Shown here: one piece after another, positions 18,400-29,531 of the stretch
How positions within the stretch are numbered: the stretch's first letter is position 1
How the letters are laid out: every line of letters begins with the position of its first letter
The notes under the pieces: generated by a model
What the model saw: only the letters and a program-made list of their open reading frames with translations
The model's database searches: none
What the model was told of the DNA's origin: nothing
Assembly: GCA_041564355.1 (NCBI GenBank)
Contig: JBFGQE010000003.1
Location: forward strand, 1-32,671
Source: Gammaproteobacteria bacterium
Lineage (GTDB): Bacteria; Pseudomonadota; Gammaproteobacteria; GCA-001735895
Direction: 5' to 3'
DNA length: 32,671 nt
Program-made: the position numbers and the translations under genes

Positions 18400-18701
18400 A
18401 AAAACTGTACACCCACGAAAACCGGATGATCCTGTATAACGTCAGGAACCTGTTGCACGAACAGGGAATCGAAACCCTGGTGATCAACGAGTTTGCCGGC
18501 GGAGGCGTCGGTGATCTTGCCGCTTTCGAAACCTGGCCCGAGCTCTGGATCGAGGACGAAAGCCGCTTCGCCGAGGCCGATGCAATCGTGCAGGGGATCA
18601 TGCGGCGCAATGATGAATCGCACTGGTTTTGTCGCGGCTGCCAGGAAAAAAACGATGCGTCTTTCCAGCTGTGCTGGAAATGTGGCCGCGCCTGCGATTG
18701 A
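18396..18701 (+). CDS. DUF2007-like protein with C-terminal RanBP2-type zinc ribbon
   Basis: 'NLLHEQGIE...WPELW' followed by 'WFCRGC...CWKCG'. ATGA overlap with djlA. Confidence 0.8.
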   Translation: MKKLYTHENRMILYNVRNLLHEQGIETLVINEFAGGGVGDLAAFETWPELWIEDESRFAEADAIVQGIMRRNDESHWFCRGCQEKNDASFQLCWKCGRACD

Positions 18702-18714
18702 CCAGGAGAATAAG

Positions 18715-19071
18715 ATGAAACGAATTCTGCCGTTATGGCTGTTGCTGCCGGCAGTCGCGAGTGCCGGCGAGGTTACGATCAGGGATGTCAGGGTCGAATG
18801 CCCGAGCAGCTGCACGTTTTCGGTGACGCTGGAGCATGCTGACCAGGGCTGGGGGCATTACGCCAACCAGTGGGACGTGGTGACGATGGATGGCGTATTG
18901 TTGAAGTCGCGCGTGCTGCATCACCCGCATGACGACGAGCAACCGTTTACGCGCTCGCTCTCGGGAGTGCTGGTGCCGCAAGGCATGAGTCAGGTAAAAA
19001 TTCGGGCGCGCGACTCGAAACACGGCTACAGTCCCCGCGAGGTCATCGTCGATATCCCGGGTCGAAATTAG
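18715..19071 (+). CDS. Secreted His-rich hypothetical protein (118 aa)
   Basis: AGGAG RBS then ATG 18715. Signal peptide MKRILPLWLLLPAVASA; motifs 'HADQGWGHYANQW', 'HHPH..EQPFTRS' and 'DSKHG'. Confidence 0.8.
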   Translation: MKRILPLWLLLPAVASAGEVTIRDVRVECPSSCTFSVTLEHADQGWGHYANQWDVVTMDGVLLKSRVLHHPHDDEQPFTRSLSGVLVPQGMSQVKIRARDSKHGYSPREVIVDIPGRN

Positions 19072-19133
19072 CGGCGCCGGTATCCCGCGCGGCGCGGATC
19101 TGACCATCGCGCGCAGTCCGCCAGAGCCGGGTT

Positions 19134-20537
19134 TCAGCAGCCTGCTTTCTTTGCCAGGGCGCGCGCCGCGACGAACGCGGCAACCGAGCGCGAGACGTCA
19201 TCCGCGGTGGTTGCCCAGGAGCAGACACTGACGCGAATCACGTCGCGCTCGCCCCAGCGGGTGCCGCCCACCCAGCATTCCCCGGATCGCTGGATATGGC
19301 CGATGGTCGACCGGGTCAGCGCATCGGAGTCGCAGGCAACCAGCACCTGGTTAAACACCACGTCATTGAGAATCTCGAAACCCTGTTTCTCGAGTTCCTG
19401 CGCGAACTGTGCCGCGCGCTGGTGCAAACCGTAGACCAGGTCGTTGATACCCGATTTACCCAGGTAGCCGAGCGTGGCCCAGAGTTCGACCGCGCGCGCC
19501 CGGCGCGACATTTCCGGCGTGTGCAGCATGCCGTCGCGCTGATCGCTGTAGACGATGTAGGCGCCGGACGCGTGCAACGCGCCGACCAGCGCGTCGCGGT
19601 CACGACACATGATCAGGCCGCTGTCGTAGGGCGTGTTCAGCGTTTTGTGGCCATCGAAGGACCACGAGTCGGCCAGCTCGATGCCGCGGGTAAGCGACGC
19701 GAGGCGAGGGCTTGCCGCGGCCCACAGGCCGAACGCGCCGTCGATATGGACCCAGGCCCTGGCCTCGTTTGCCCGCCGGCAGAGCGTCGCGAAATCGTCG
19801 AACGCGCCCGAGTTGACGTTGCCGGCCTGCAGCAACAGGATCGAGCTCGCGTCCAGCGACGGCACGCCGTTCGCGTCGATTCGCCCCTGGTCGTCGGCAT
19901 CGACCCATTCGACGTTGTCGATGCCGATACCGAGCAGCGCGATCCCCTTGGTTACGGTAGCGTGCGCCTGTCGGCTCGCGACTACGCGGATGCGCGGCGC
20001 ATCGACGAAGCCGTGTCGATTAATATCCCAGCCCTGTTGTTCGAAGGCGCGAAACCTCGCCGCGGCAAGTCCGCAGAAAATCGACATCGACGATCCGCTG
20101 ACATAACCCGCGACGCTGCCGTCGGGGAGGCCGAGCAGATCACGCAGCCAGCCCTCGGTAATTTCCTCGAGCTTCGATGCGATCGGTGAAGACAGGTACA
20201 GCGGCGTGTTCTGGTCCCAGAAGTCGGTCAGCCAGCGTACCGCGAGCGCTGCCGGAATCACGCCGCCGTTGACCAGGCCGAAGTAACGACCGCCGATTTG
20301 CGCCACCGTGGCCGGAGATCCAAACTCGTCCAGCCGGCGCAGAATCCCGAGCGCGTCGCCCGGTTCGTCGGCCAGCGGCCGTTCGAATTGGGACAGATTT
20401 TCGATTGCCTCGGGCGTCGGGAAAACCGCGCGTTCGGGAAGCCCGTCGGCGTAAGCATAGGCCGCGTCCCGCGCGAATTCGAATATTTCCCGTTGCGCCA
20501 TTTCGGCGAACATGCGCTGACGTATCGAGTCGTTCAT
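19134..20537 (-). CDS. PLP-dependent amino acid decarboxylase (group II, aromatic-L-amino-acid/glutamate decarboxylase-like)
   Basis: 'WVHIDGAFG', PLP-lysine motif 'DSWSFDGHKTLN', 'SRRARA' and 'IRVSVCSW'. Confidence 0.88.
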   Translation of the reverse strand: MNDSIRQRMFAEMAQREIFEFARDAAYAYADGLPERAVFPTPEAIENLSQFERPLADEPGDALGILRRLDEFGSPATVAQIGGRYFGLVNGGVIPAALAVRWLTDFWDQNTPLYLSSPIASKLEEITEGWLRDLLGLPDGSVAGYVSGSSMSIFCGLAAARFRAFEQQGWDINRHGFVDAPRIRVVASRQAHATVTKGIALLGIGIDNVEWVDADDQGRIDANGVPSLDASSILLLQAGNVNSGAFDDFATLCRRANEARAWVHIDGAFGLWAAASPRLASLTRGIELADSWSFDGHKTLNTPYDSGLIMCRDRDALVGALHASGAYIVYSDQRDGMLHTPEMSRRARAVELWATLGYLGKSGINDLVYGLHQRAAQFAQELEKQGFEILNDVVFNQVLVACDSDALTRSTIGHIQRSGECWVGGTRWGERDVIRVSVCSWATTADDVSRSVAAFVAARALAKKAGC

Positions 20538-20867
20538 GAATATTCCTGTGGCGACAGCTTGTTGAGACGAACCCGGAGCCCGGAAGGCGGAGCGTTAGTC
20601 GTCATCCGATTTCGGGCCGATCCTGGCGGGCCGCGGCGACGCGATCCCCGTCGTGATTGAGACCCCACTTTAACGGCAGAATAATTCCGCTTCAACCGGT
20701 GACGCGCAGTGTCGCGATTGTTTCGCTTCGGGACGAGGTATGGCTGCGGGTCAATTTAATCGCAAAATCGTTGCGCCGCGTATATACCTGGGCGGATACT
20801 GCGGTCTGCCTTGCGCTCGAGCGCTCGCGACGCGGCATCCGAAAGACTCTAGACGGGAGAATTGATA

Positions 20868-21254
20868 ATGAAAGTTTTACTGCTGGTCGCGCATGGCAGC
20901 CGAAAGGAGGGCGCTAACGAGGAAGTCGTCCGGCTGGCCGAGCGTGTCGCGGAACTCGGTGCCGGGGATTTCGACAGAATCGTTCCGGCGTTTCTCGAGT
21001 TTGCCGAGCCCGATATACACAAGGGTATCGATTACTGCGTCGAGCTTGGCGCTGACGAGGTTGTGGTGGTGCCTTACTTTCTCGCCGCGGGAAACCATGT
21101 GCTGCGCGATATCCCCTCCGAACTCGCCTGTGTCGGGCAGAAATACCCGCAACTCAGCATCCGGACCGGTGCGCACATTGGAGCGTCGGAGGTCATGGGT
21201 GAACTGGTGCTGCATAACGCGCAAACGGCCGCGGGAGCGGCGCCGGTCGCCTGA
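20868..21254 (+). CDS. Single-domain CbiX/SirB-type chelatase
   Basis: Class II chelatase His motifs: 'LLVAHGSR', 'AFLEFAEP', 'VVPYFLAAGNHVLRDIP'. 128 aa from ATG 20868. Confidence 0.87.
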   Translation: MKVLLLVAHGSRKEGANEEVVRLAERVAELGAGDFDRIVPAFLEFAEPDIHKGIDYCVELGADEVVVVPYFLAAGNHVLRDIPSELACVGQKYPQLSIRTGAHIGASEVMGELVLHNAQTAAGAAPVA

Positions 21255-21372
21255 AGTAACCGCGCCAACCCGGTCCCCCGACGGTGAAGTGTTTATTCGG
21301 GGGGCAGAATACTTATAATACGGTCTTTGACGCGCTGCCAGTGCGTCCCATCCCGACCAGCGAGTCCGTCCA

Positions 21373-22725
21373 ATGAATGCCCCGCTCAGCAATAGCGCTT
21401 TGATCGAAAAAGACCAGGAACACATGATCCACCCGTTGCACCATAATCCGGCGCACGCCAACGGCAAGGTCTGGGTCAAGGGGGAGGGGTCGCACCTGAT
21501 CGACGCGGACGGTAATCGCTACATCGACGGCCTGTCCTGCCTGTGGAACGTGAGTTGCGGTCATGGCCGCGAACCGCTGATCGACGCCGCGCAACGCCAG
21601 ATGAGGCAAATGGCGTTTTGCTCCAGTTATAACGGCAGTTCCAATCCGCCGGCGATCGAACTCGCCGAGCGCCTTGCCGATCTGTGCTACCCACGAATCA
21701 ACAATTTTTACTTCACCTCCGGTGGGGGCGAGTCTACAGACAGTAATTTCAAGCTGGCGCGTTTCTACTGGAAGGCGAAAGGCAAGCCGAAAAAAACGCG
21801 CGTCATCAGCCGTATCTGGGGCTATCACGGTGTCACGTTTGCCGCCATGTGCGCTACCGGCATCAAGGGTTACTGGCCGTCTTTCGAGCCGCTAATCCCG
21901 GGCTTCAGTCATATTCCCGCGCCCGATCCCTACCACTACCCGGCGCCCGCAGACGGTAGCTCGGTCGGTATTGCGATGGCTAACGAACTCGAGCAGGAAA
22001 TCCTGCGCCAGGGAGCGGAAAACGTCGCGATGTTCATTGCCGAGCCGGTGCAGGGCGCCGGCGGCGTGATCGTGCCCCCGGATGACTATTTTCCGCGCAT
22101 CCGCGAAATCTGCGATCAATACGAAGTGTTGCTGGTCGCCGACGAGGTAATTACCGGTTTCGGTCGCACCGGCAAGCTGTTCGCGCTCGATCACTGGGGC
22201 GTACAGCCCGACCTGGTCCAGTTCGCCAAGTCGATAACCTCCGGCTACCTGCCGCTCGGCGGTATCGGAATGAGCGACGAGATTGCGGCCACCGTGCGCG
22301 ACAGTAACTCGCCGTGGATGCATGCCTATACCTACAGCGGTCATCCGACCACCTGCGCGGTCGGCCTTGCGACGCTGGATTTTATCGAGCAGCAGGGAAT
22401 CGTCGAGCAGGCGGCGAGCAAGGGGCAGTACCTGTTGCAGCAATTGCATTCGGCGCTGGATGAGCACCCGCACGTGGGCAACATTCGCGGCAAGGGCATG
22501 ATGTGCGGCGTCGAGCTGGTCGAGGACCGCGAAAAGCGCTCCTGGTACGCCCCGGAATGGGGTGTCGGGCCGAAAATGACCAAAGCCTTGATCGATCACG
22601 GTATCTTTACCCGCATGCGCAGCGAAGTGATTTGTATTGCGCCACCCCTGACCACCGACGAAAAGACGCTGGACGAACTGGTGGATGGCGTGCGTGCGGC
22701 CGTCGTCGACGTATTCGGCGACTAG
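21373..22725 (+). CDS. Class III PLP aminotransferase (omega-amino acid/polyamine transaminase-like)
   Basis: 'GYHG', 'FIAEPVQGAGG', 'ADEVITGFGRTG', 'FAKSITSGYLPLG' and 'HAYTYSGHP'. Confidence 0.92.
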   Translation: MNAPLSNSALIEKDQEHMIHPLHHNPAHANGKVWVKGEGSHLIDADGNRYIDGLSCLWNVSCGHGREPLIDAAQRQMRQMAFCSSYNGSSNPPAIELAERLADLCYPRINNFYFTSGGGESTDSNFKLARFYWKAKGKPKKTRVISRIWGYHGVTFAAMCATGIKGYWPSFEPLIPGFSHIPAPDPYHYPAPADGSSVGIAMANELEQEILRQGAENVAMFIAEPVQGAGGVIVPPDDYFPRIREICDQYEVLLVADEVITGFGRTGKLFALDHWGVQPDLVQFAKSITSGYLPLGGIGMSDEIAATVRDSNSPWMHAYTYSGHPTTCAVGLATLDFIEQQGIVEQAASKGQYLLQQLHSALDEHPHVGNIRGKGMMCGVELVEDREKRSWYAPEWGVGPKMTKALIDHGIFTRMRSEVICIAPPLTTDEKTLDELVDGVRAAVVDVFGD

Positions 22726-22754
22726 GGCACGAAACGAAAGCAGCCGGGGCAGGA

Positions 22755-23174
22755 ATGTTCACCCTTCATCCACAACTGGCTGCCGATTGCCTGGTGCTCG
22801 GGCGTTTCCCGCTATGCCAGCTGCTGCTGGTAAACGACAGTCATTACCCGTGGTTCATCCTCGTGCCGGAGCGCGACGGTTTGCGTGAAATATTCGAGCT
22901 CGACGCAGCGGATCGACAACGGCTATTGGACGAATCCTGCCGCCTGTCCGAGTTCCTGATGCGCGAATTCGATGGTGAAAAGCTAAACCTCGCCGCGCTC
23001 GGCAACCAGGTACCGCAATTGCATCTGCACCACATCGTGCGCTACCGCACCGACCCGGCCTGGCCGGGACCGATCTGGGGCCGCCTACCGGCCAGGGCTT
23101 ATACCGAAGTCGAGCTTGCCCTCATGAAAGCGCGGGTCGAGCAGGCATTACTGGCGGATTTCGAACCCGCCTGA
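22755..23174 (+). CDS. HIT domain protein
   Basis: ATG 22755 (MFTLHPQLAAD). 'YPWFILVP' and 'ALGNQVPQLHLHHI' are typical of the proteobacterial HIT-like subfamily. Confidence 0.88.
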   Translation: MFTLHPQLAADCLVLGRFPLCQLLLVNDSHYPWFILVPERDGLREIFELDAADRQRLLDESCRLSEFLMREFDGEKLNLAALGNQVPQLHLHHIVRYRTDPAWPGPIWGRLPARAYTEVELALMKARVEQALLADFEPA

Positions 23175-23233
23175 AGCGGGCCGGTACCGGAAATTTGGAG
23201 GCGCGGGCTATTGCCTGACGTCCGGGGTCGGAA

Positions 23234-24322
23234 TCAATCTTCGGCGCCGCCGCGAGCAGGCAGTTCCTTGATGTAGAGGTCGTGTTGCGAGAACGGGATC
23301 TCGATGCCTTCGGCGTTGAAGCGCTTGTAGATCGCGCCGAGCAGTTCGTGGGTTACGAGCCCGCGCTGCGCCGGTTCCTGGACCCAGCACAGGAGTTCGA
23401 AGTCGAGGCTGGAGCCGCCGAACTCGCGAAAGCGCACGCGATGCGCCGGTTCGTCGCAAACCCGTTCGTTGGCGGTGCCGACTTCCATCAGCACCCGCTC
23501 GACCTGGTCGATGTCTGAGCCGTAGGCGACTCCAACCTTGACGCGAATGCGATACCTCGGGTCGCGCCCGCCGGACTCGTTGATGATCTTGGTGTTGCCC
23601 ATGATCGAGTTCGGCACCGTGACCTCGACGTCGTCGCGCGTCAGCATGCGCGTGCTGCGGATGCCGATGTGCGTGATCGCGCCGCGCTCGCCGGTATCGA
23701 GCACGACGTAGTCGCCGACCTTGTAGGGGGCGTCGGCGAGGATGAAAACGCCCGAAAACAGGTTCGCCAGCGTGTCCTTGGCGGCGAAGCCGACGGCGAT
23801 ACCGACGATACCGGCCGACGCGAGCCACGCGGTCATGTCGACGCCCCAGGCCGAGAAGATCGCGTAAATCGCGATCACGACGATGACGATCATGACCAGA
23901 TTGTTGAACAGCGGCAGTGTTTGCGCGTGGATGATCCGGAAACGCGTGCTCTGCGCGAAGTGCCTGAGCAGCAACTGCAGCAGGCGAATCGCGAACAGCG
24001 TCCAGACGATCAGCGCGATCGATTGCAGGACCGAGAAAACGATGCCGTCGTAAGGCGCGCCGAGCGCGAGCAGGTTGGTCGCGAGCGCGAGCCCGACCAG
24101 CAATACGGTGATGTAGACCGGGCCGTGCAGCATGGCCAGAACCTGGTCGTCGAAAGTCATGCGCGTGCGCGCGAACAGTTTGCGCAGCGTGGTCACGACA
24201 TAGCGATCGATAATCCAGGCGACGAGCAGCGATACGACCACGACCACCAGCGCCTGCAGCCAGACGTTGTCGCCAATCAGTCCGAGGTAAGGCCCGAGCT
24301 TTTCCTGCCATTCATTCAGCAT
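23234..24322 (-). CDS. Small-conductance mechanosensitive channel (MscS family)
   Basis: '[22 protein letters not shown]', 'PYKVGD', 'IGIRST', 'VPNS' and 'GIEIPF'. The start overlaps the sdaA stop by 7 bp. Confidence 0.92.
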   Translation of the reverse strand: MLNEWQEKLGPYLGLIGDNVWLQALVVVVVSLLVAWIIDRYVVTTLRKLFARTRMTFDDQVLAMLHGPVYITVLLVGLALATNLLALGAPYDGIVFSVLQSIALIVWTLFAIRLLQLLLRHFAQSTRFRIIHAQTLPLFNNLVMIVIVVIAIYAIFSAWGVDMTAWLASAGIVGIAVGFAAKDTLANLFSGVFILADAPYKVGDYVVLDTGERGAITHIGIRSTRMLTRDDVEVTVPNSIMGNTKIINESGGRDPRYRIRVKVGVAYGSDIDQVERVLMEVGTANERVCDEPAHRVRFREFGGSSLDFELLCWVQEPAQRGLVTHELLGAIYKRFNAEGIEIPFSQHDLYIKELPARGGAED

Positions 24323-25695
24323 TCGATTATGTTCACCGCGAGCCCGCCGCGCGCGGTTTCCTTGTACTTGGTTTTCATGTCCGCGCCGGTCTCGCGCATC
24401 GTCTTGATGACCTTGTCCAGCGACACGAAATGCTGGCCGTCGCCACGCATCGCGATGCGTGCCGCGTTGATCGCCTTGACCGACGCCATCGCGTTGCGTT
24501 CGATACAGGGAACCTGCACCAGCCCGCCGACCGGATCGCAGGTCAGCCCCAGGTTATGCTCCATGCCGATTTCGGCCGCATTTTCGACCTGTTCCGGTGT
24601 GCCGCCGAGGACTTCGGTCAGCGCGCCGGCGGCCATCGAGCAGGCGCTGCCGACCTCGCCCTGGCAACCGACCTCGGCGCCGGAGATCGATGCGTTTTCC
24701 TTATAGAGAATACCGATCGCACCGGCGGTCAGCAAGAAACGCACGATACCGTCGTCTTCCGCGGCGGGGTAAAAATGCTGGTAGTAATGCATCACCGCCG
24801 GGATGATGCCGGCGGCGCCGTTGGTCGGGGCCGTGACCACGCGTCCGCCGGCCGCGTTTTCCTCGTTGACCGCGAGCGCCCAGAGATTGACCCAGTCGAG
24901 CGTGGTCAGCGGATCCTTGTAAGTGATCTGCGGCTGGCTGGAGAGCTTGCGGTAAAGGTCCGCGGCGCGGCGCCTGACTTTCATGCCGCCGGGCAGGATT
25001 CCCTCGTTGCGGCATCCGTTTTTAACGCAGGTCTGCATCACGTGCCAAATATCGAGCAAACCCTGGCGAATATCCGCCTCGTCGCGCCAGACCCTTTCGT
25101 TTTCCAGCATCACGTCGCTGATCGACATGTCGTGATTGGCACAATGAATCAACAGGTCGACCGCGCTGTGAAACGGGTAGGGCAGCTGCGTATCATCCTC
25201 GACGATACGATCGCTGCCGGTGGCGGTCTCGTCAACGATAAAACCACCGCCGACCGAGTAAAAGGTGGCACGACGGAGTTCTTTGCCGTCGGCATCCGTG
25301 GCGACGAAAGTCATGCCGTTGGAATGAAACGGCAGCGATTCGCGCCGATGCATGACCAGGCTGGTTTTTTCGATGAAACGAATCGGGTGTCGACCCAACA
25401 GGTTCAAGCGCTGATCGCCGCGTATGGTTTCGAGACGCGCATCGACGAGATCGGTATCCACCGACTCGGGTAGTTCGCCCTCGAGGCCAAGCATGACGGC
25501 CTTGTCGCTGCCGTGTCCCTTGCCGGTTGCGCCCAGGGAACCGTAGAGGTCGGCCCTCACCGACGCAACGCTCTCGAGGAGCCGGTCCTGGTCGAGGCCT
25601 TGCACGAACCGGGCCGCCGCGCGCATCGGTCCGACGGTATGCGAACTCGACGGGCCGATGCCGATCGAAAAAAGATCAAAAACGCTGATAGCCAT
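24316..25695 (-). CDS. sdaA: L-serine ammonia-lyase (Fe-S dependent, single chain)
   Basis: '[14 protein letters not shown]', 'GCQGEVG' and '[19 protein letters not shown]'. Confidence 0.96.
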   Translation of the reverse strand: MAISVFDLFSIGIGPSSSHTVGPMRAAARFVQGLDQDRLLESVASVRADLYGSLGATGKGHGSDKAVMLGLEGELPESVDTDLVDARLETIRGDQRLNLLGRHPIRFIEKTSLVMHRRESLPFHSNGMTFVATDADGKELRRATFYSVGGGFIVDETATGSDRIVEDDTQLPYPFHSAVDLLIHCANHDMSISDVMLENERVWRDEADIRQGLLDIWHVMQTCVKNGCRNEGILPGGMKVRRRAADLYRKLSSQPQITYKDPLTTLDWVNLWALAVNEENAAGGRVVTAPTNGAAGIIPAVMHYYQHFYPAAEDDGIVRFLLTAGAIGILYKENASISGAEVGCQGEVGSACSMAAGALTEVLGGTPEQVENAAEIGMEHNLGLTCDPVGGLVQVPCIERNAMASVKAINAARIAMRGDGQHFVSLDKVIKTMRETGADMKTKYKETARGGLAVNIIEC

Positions 25696-25793
25696 CGCCC
25701 AATCCTATACCAACTGCAGGCTGCTGCATATCGCCAGATGAGGCGCGACGACGGGCCGTTGATCGTTCCCCGGCAGGACGCGCGCTCAGGCGA

Positions 25794-28673
25794 TTACGCG
25801 TCGTCCTCCTGGTAGGCGGACAGCGGTGGACAGGAGCAGACCAGATTGATATCGCCGAACTTGTTATCGATGCGACCTACCGGTGACCAGTACTTGTAGG
25901 CGCGCAGCGAAGCCAGCGGATAAGCGGCCTGTTCGCGGCTGTAGGCGTGCTCCCAGTTGTCCGCGCAAACCATGTCGACCGTGTGCGGCGCGTTTTTCAG
26001 CGGGTTGTCCTCGGCGTCCATGCGGCCTTCCTCGATCTCCCTGATCTCGTTGCGAATCGAGATCATCGCGTCACAAAAACGGTCGATCTCTTCCTTCGAT
26101 TCGGATTCGGTGGGCTCGATCATCAGCGTGCCGGCCACCGGGAAGGACATCGTCGGCGCGTGGAAGCCATAGTCGATCAGTCGCTTGGCAATATCGTCGA
26201 CGCTGGCGTAGTCCTTGACCACGCGCGTGTCGATGATGCACTCGTGCGCGACCAGGCCGTTCGGGCCGGTATACAGGATCGGGAAATGATCCTTCAGGCG
26301 GCTCGCGATATAGTTCGCATTGAGGATCGCGGTGGCGGTCGCCTTGGGCAGCCCGTCACGGCCCAGCAGCGAGATATACGCCCAGCTGATCGGCAGCACG
26401 CCGGCACTGCCGAACGGGGCCGCGGCGACCTTGTTGATGCCGCCGTTGGCCGTCTGGCTGGTAGACGGCAGGAACGGTCGCAGGTGCTCCTTGACGCCGA
26501 TCGGGCCGACGCCGGGACCGCCGCCGCCATGCGGTATCGCGAAAGTTTTGTGCAGGTTGAGGTGGGACACGTCGCCGCCGAACTTGCCGGGCGCGCAAAC
26601 GCCGACCATTGCATTCATGTTGGCGCCATCGATGTAGACCTGTCCGCCGTGCTCGTGCACCAGTTCGCAAACCTCGACCACGTTGTCTTCGAACACGCCG
26701 TGCGTCGACGGGTAAGTGATCATGATCGCGGCGAGGTTCTCGCTATGTTTTTCGCACTGCGCCTTCAGGTCGTCGATGTCGATATTGCCGCTTTTCGCGG
26801 TGCCGACGACGACGACTTTCATCCCCGCCATCTGCGCCGAGGCCGGGTTGGTGCCGTGGGCCGAGGCCGGGATGACGCAAATATTGCGATGGCCCTCGCC
26901 GCGGCTCTCGTGGTACGACTTGATCGCGAGCAGGCCCGCGTATTCACCCTGCGCCCCCGAATTGGGTTGCAGCGAGATCGCGTCGTAGCCGGTGCAGGCG
27001 CAAAGCATCTGCTCGAGCTCGATAATCAGCTGCTGGTAACCCTGCGCCTGGTCCAGCGGCACGAACGGGTGAATGCGGCCGAAGCCGGGCCAGGTGACCG
27101 GGATTAGCTCGGTCGCGGAGTTCAGCTTCATCGTGCACGAGCCGAGCGGAATCATCGAGCGGTCCAGTGCGAGATCCTTGTCGGCGAGCTTGCGCATGTA
27201 GCGCATCAGGTCGGTTTCGGAATGATGGCTGTTGAACACCGGGTGGGTCAGAAAATCGCTGGTGCGCACCAGATCCCCGGGCAGGGCGCTGTCGATCTCT
27301 TCGTCCAACCCGTCGATCGAGACCTCGTAGCCGTGATCGTGGGTAAACACGTCGTACAGTGCGGCGACGTCTTCCTTGGTCGTGACCTCGTCGAACGAGA
27401 TACCGATCGTGTTGGCGTCGACCTGGCGCAGATTGATTTGTTTGGCGCGCGCCGCGGCCATGATGAACTCGGTCGCGTTGCCGGTGTTGACCGTGATCGT
27501 GTCGAAGTAATGCTCGGTCTCGACCTCGACGCCGAGCTTGCGCAAGCCCTCGGCCAGCAGCACCGTCAGCCGGTGCACGCGCTGCGCGATGCGGCGAATT
27601 TCGTCGGGGCCGTGGTAGACCGCGTACATGCTGGCCATGATCGCGAGCAGTGCCTGCGCGGTGCAGATGTTGCTGGTCGCCTTTTCGCGACGGATATGCT
27701 GCTCGCGCGTCTGGAGCGCGAGCCGCATCGCGGGTTCGCCGCGGCTGTCGACGGATACGCCGATCAGGCGACCCGGAAGCGAGCGCTTGAAGGCTTCGCG
27801 CGTGGCCATGAATGCCGCATGCGGACCGCCGTAGCCCAGCGGTACGCCGAATCGCTGCGAGCTGCCGACCACGATATCGGCATCGAATTCGCCGGGTGGG
27901 GTCAGCAGGGTCAGGCTCAGCAGGTCCGCGGCCATCGCGACCAGGCCCTTTTTTTCATGTACCTTCTCGACCAGCTCACGATAGTCGTGTATTTCGCCGG
28001 TCGAGCAGGGATATTGCAGCAGCACGCCGCACAGTTCCGGGTTGTCGGCCGCGTCGAACGGGTCGCCGATCACGCACTTGATGCCCATGTGCCCGGCGCG
28101 GTTACAAACGACCTCGATGGTTTGCGGGTGACAGCTATTGGCGATAAAAAACACGTCGCTCTTGCTCTTCGACAGCCGATGACACATCGCCATCGCCTCG
28201 GCCGCGGCGGTGGCTTCATCGAGCACCGATGCGTTTGCCAGTTCCATGCCGGTCAGATCGCTGACCATGGTCTGAAAATTGAGCAGTGCTTCGAGACGTC
28301 CTTGTGAAATCTCCGCCTGGTAGGGCGTATACGCGGTATACCAGGCCGGATTACGCAACAGGTTACGCTCGATCACCGAAGGCGTCTGGGTGTTGTAGTA
28401 ACCCATGCCGATAAAGGACTTGTAAAGCTGGTTGCGAATCGAGATTTCGTAAAGACGGAGCAACACCTGGCGCTCGCTAATGCTGGACTTGACCGCTAGC
28501 GGCTTGCGTCGCCGGATCGCCTCGGGCACGACCTTGTCGAGCAATTCGTCGACGCTGTCCATGCCTAGCGCCTCGAGCATCGCTGCTTCCTCGGCCTGAT
28601 CCGGGCCGATGTGGCGGCGAATGAAGCCGTGAAAAATATCGAGATCCTTTAGCTTGAGATCGAGATTTGCCAT
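25794..28673 (-). CDS. gcvP: Glycine dehydrogenase (glycine cleavage P protein)
   Basis: '[14 protein letters not shown]', '[16 protein letters not shown]', 'PLGSCTMK' and PLP site 'HLNLHKTF'. 959-aa single chain. Confidence 0.97.
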   Translation of the reverse strand: MANLDLKLKDLDIFHGFIRRHIGPDQAEEAAMLEALGMDSVDELLDKVVPEAIRRRKPLAVKSSISERQVLLRLYEISIRNQLYKSFIGMGYYNTQTPSVIERNLLRNPAWYTAYTPYQAEISQGRLEALLNFQTMVSDLTGMELANASVLDEATAAAEAMAMCHRLSKSKSDVFFIANSCHPQTIEVVCNRAGHMGIKCVIGDPFDAADNPELCGVLLQYPCSTGEIHDYRELVEKVHEKKGLVAMAADLLSLTLLTPPGEFDADIVVGSSQRFGVPLGYGGPHAAFMATREAFKRSLPGRLIGVSVDSRGEPAMRLALQTREQHIRREKATSNICTAQALLAIMASMYAVYHGPDEIRRIAQRVHRLTVLLAEGLRKLGVEVETEHYFDTITVNTGNATEFIMAAARAKQINLRQVDANTIGISFDEVTTKEDVAALYDVFTHDHGYEVSIDGLDEEIDSALPGDLVRTSDFLTHPVFNSHHSETDLMRYMRKLADKDLALDRSMIPLGSCTMKLNSATELIPVTWPGFGRIHPFVPLDQAQGYQQLIIELEQMLCACTGYDAISLQPNSGAQGEYAGLLAIKSYHESRGEGHRNICVIPASAHGTNPASAQMAGMKVVVVGTAKSGNIDIDDLKAQCEKHSENLAAIMITYPSTHGVFEDNVVEVCELVHEHGGQVYIDGANMNAMVGVCAPGKFGGDVSHLNLHKTFAIPHGGGGPGVGPIGVKEHLRPFLPSTSQTANGGINKVAAAPFGSAGVLPISWAYISLLGRDGLPKATATAILNANYIASRLKDHFPILYTGPNGLVAHECIIDTRVVKDYASVDDIAKRLIDYGFHAPTMSFPVAGTLMIEPTESESKEEIDRFCDAMISIRNEIREIEEGRMDAEDNPLKNAPHTVDMVCADNWEHAYSREQAAYPLASLRAYKYWSPVGRIDNKFGDINLVCSCPPLSAYQEDDA

Positions 28674-28733
28674 GGTTAGATTTCTCCGTTGTGTCGGCTT
28701 CGAAGGCCCGCTCAGGGTCCCGTAGAATACATG

Positions 28734-29525
28734 CTAATCCTTTTGCGGGTCCAGCGAGAGCACTAATTGATCGCTAATCCACTGTTTCAGGAAACCGGCC
28801 GCGGTGAGCGCAACCTGGGACTCGTCGATCCATTCCAGCAGTCCCTCGCAAATCGTGGCGAAGCTCGCCCCGTCATATGCCGCCTCGATTGCCCAGGCTT
28901 CGTGCACCTCGAGCGAGCGCCAGTGAGTTTTGAATTCCCGGCGCCAGAGCAGCCAGCGTTGCGGAACCTCGCCTCGAATCCTGTCGGGTGCATCGCGCGC
29001 CTGGTCGAGCGCGCTCTCAATCGCGGGGACGTTCCAGTAAAGGTCGAGCCAGCGCAGCGCGGGCTTGAATCGGAAGCCCAGACCGGGCCAGTCCCCGGGA
29101 GGAATCTGCGCCATATCGTCCAGCTGCACCAGTTTGTCGCTGTCGGCCGCGTCGAATACCAGCGATTGCGCCCATTCGTAGCTTGCGAGTTCGGCGAGAA
29201 ATTCACGTTGTTCGCCACGATATTCATCTTTCAGGTAAGCCGGCAGGCCGGCACCGAACCAGCGCACCGAGGGATGGGTCGATGGGTGATGTTCGAGGTA
29301 ACCCAGCGCAAGCGCCTCGAAGGCGGGCCGGCCGAGGTATTTCTCCAGCGCCGAGAAATCCACCGCGAGGCAGTCGATCAGGCGAATTCGATAAGCATTG
29401 TAATAGGTGCCGAGACGATGCTCGGCGAGCGCGTTTTCGGTGCTGACGATATCCTGCCGGATATCTTCCGCGCCGCCGACCAGGTAATCCTGGAAGCGCA
29501 GCTGGAGTTGACGTAGCGGGGTCAC
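28734..29525 (-). CDS. bufC: DUF2063-type MNIO partner protein (BufC/HvfC-like)
   Basis: 'LQLRFQDYL...RLGTYYNAY...HPS...FG...ELASYEWA' pattern. GTG start 6 bp after the DUF692 stop. Confidence 0.82.
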   Translation of the reverse strand: MTPLRQLQLRFQDYLVGGAEDIRQDIVSTENALAEHRLGTYYNAYRIRLIDCLAVDFSALEKYLGRPAFEALALGYLEHHPSTHPSVRWFGAGLPAYLKDEYRGEQREFLAELASYEWAQSLVFDAADSDKLVQLDDMAQIPPGDWPGLGFRFKPALRWLDLYWNVPAIESALDQARDAPDRIRGEVPQRWLLWRREFKTHWRSLEVHEAWAIEAAYDGASFATICEGLLEWIDESQVALTAAGFLKQWISDQLVLSLDPQKD

Positions 29526-29531
29526 CTGCGG

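Noticed and set aside
20538-20867. Possible cobalamin or other riboswitch upstream of the CbiX-like gene
   Set aside because: I could not find the B12-box or other riboswitch consensus elements on either strand. An Rfam scan would be decisive.
28674-28733. Possible glycine riboswitch before gcvP
   Set aside because: Only 60 bp are available and the aptamer consensus is absent.
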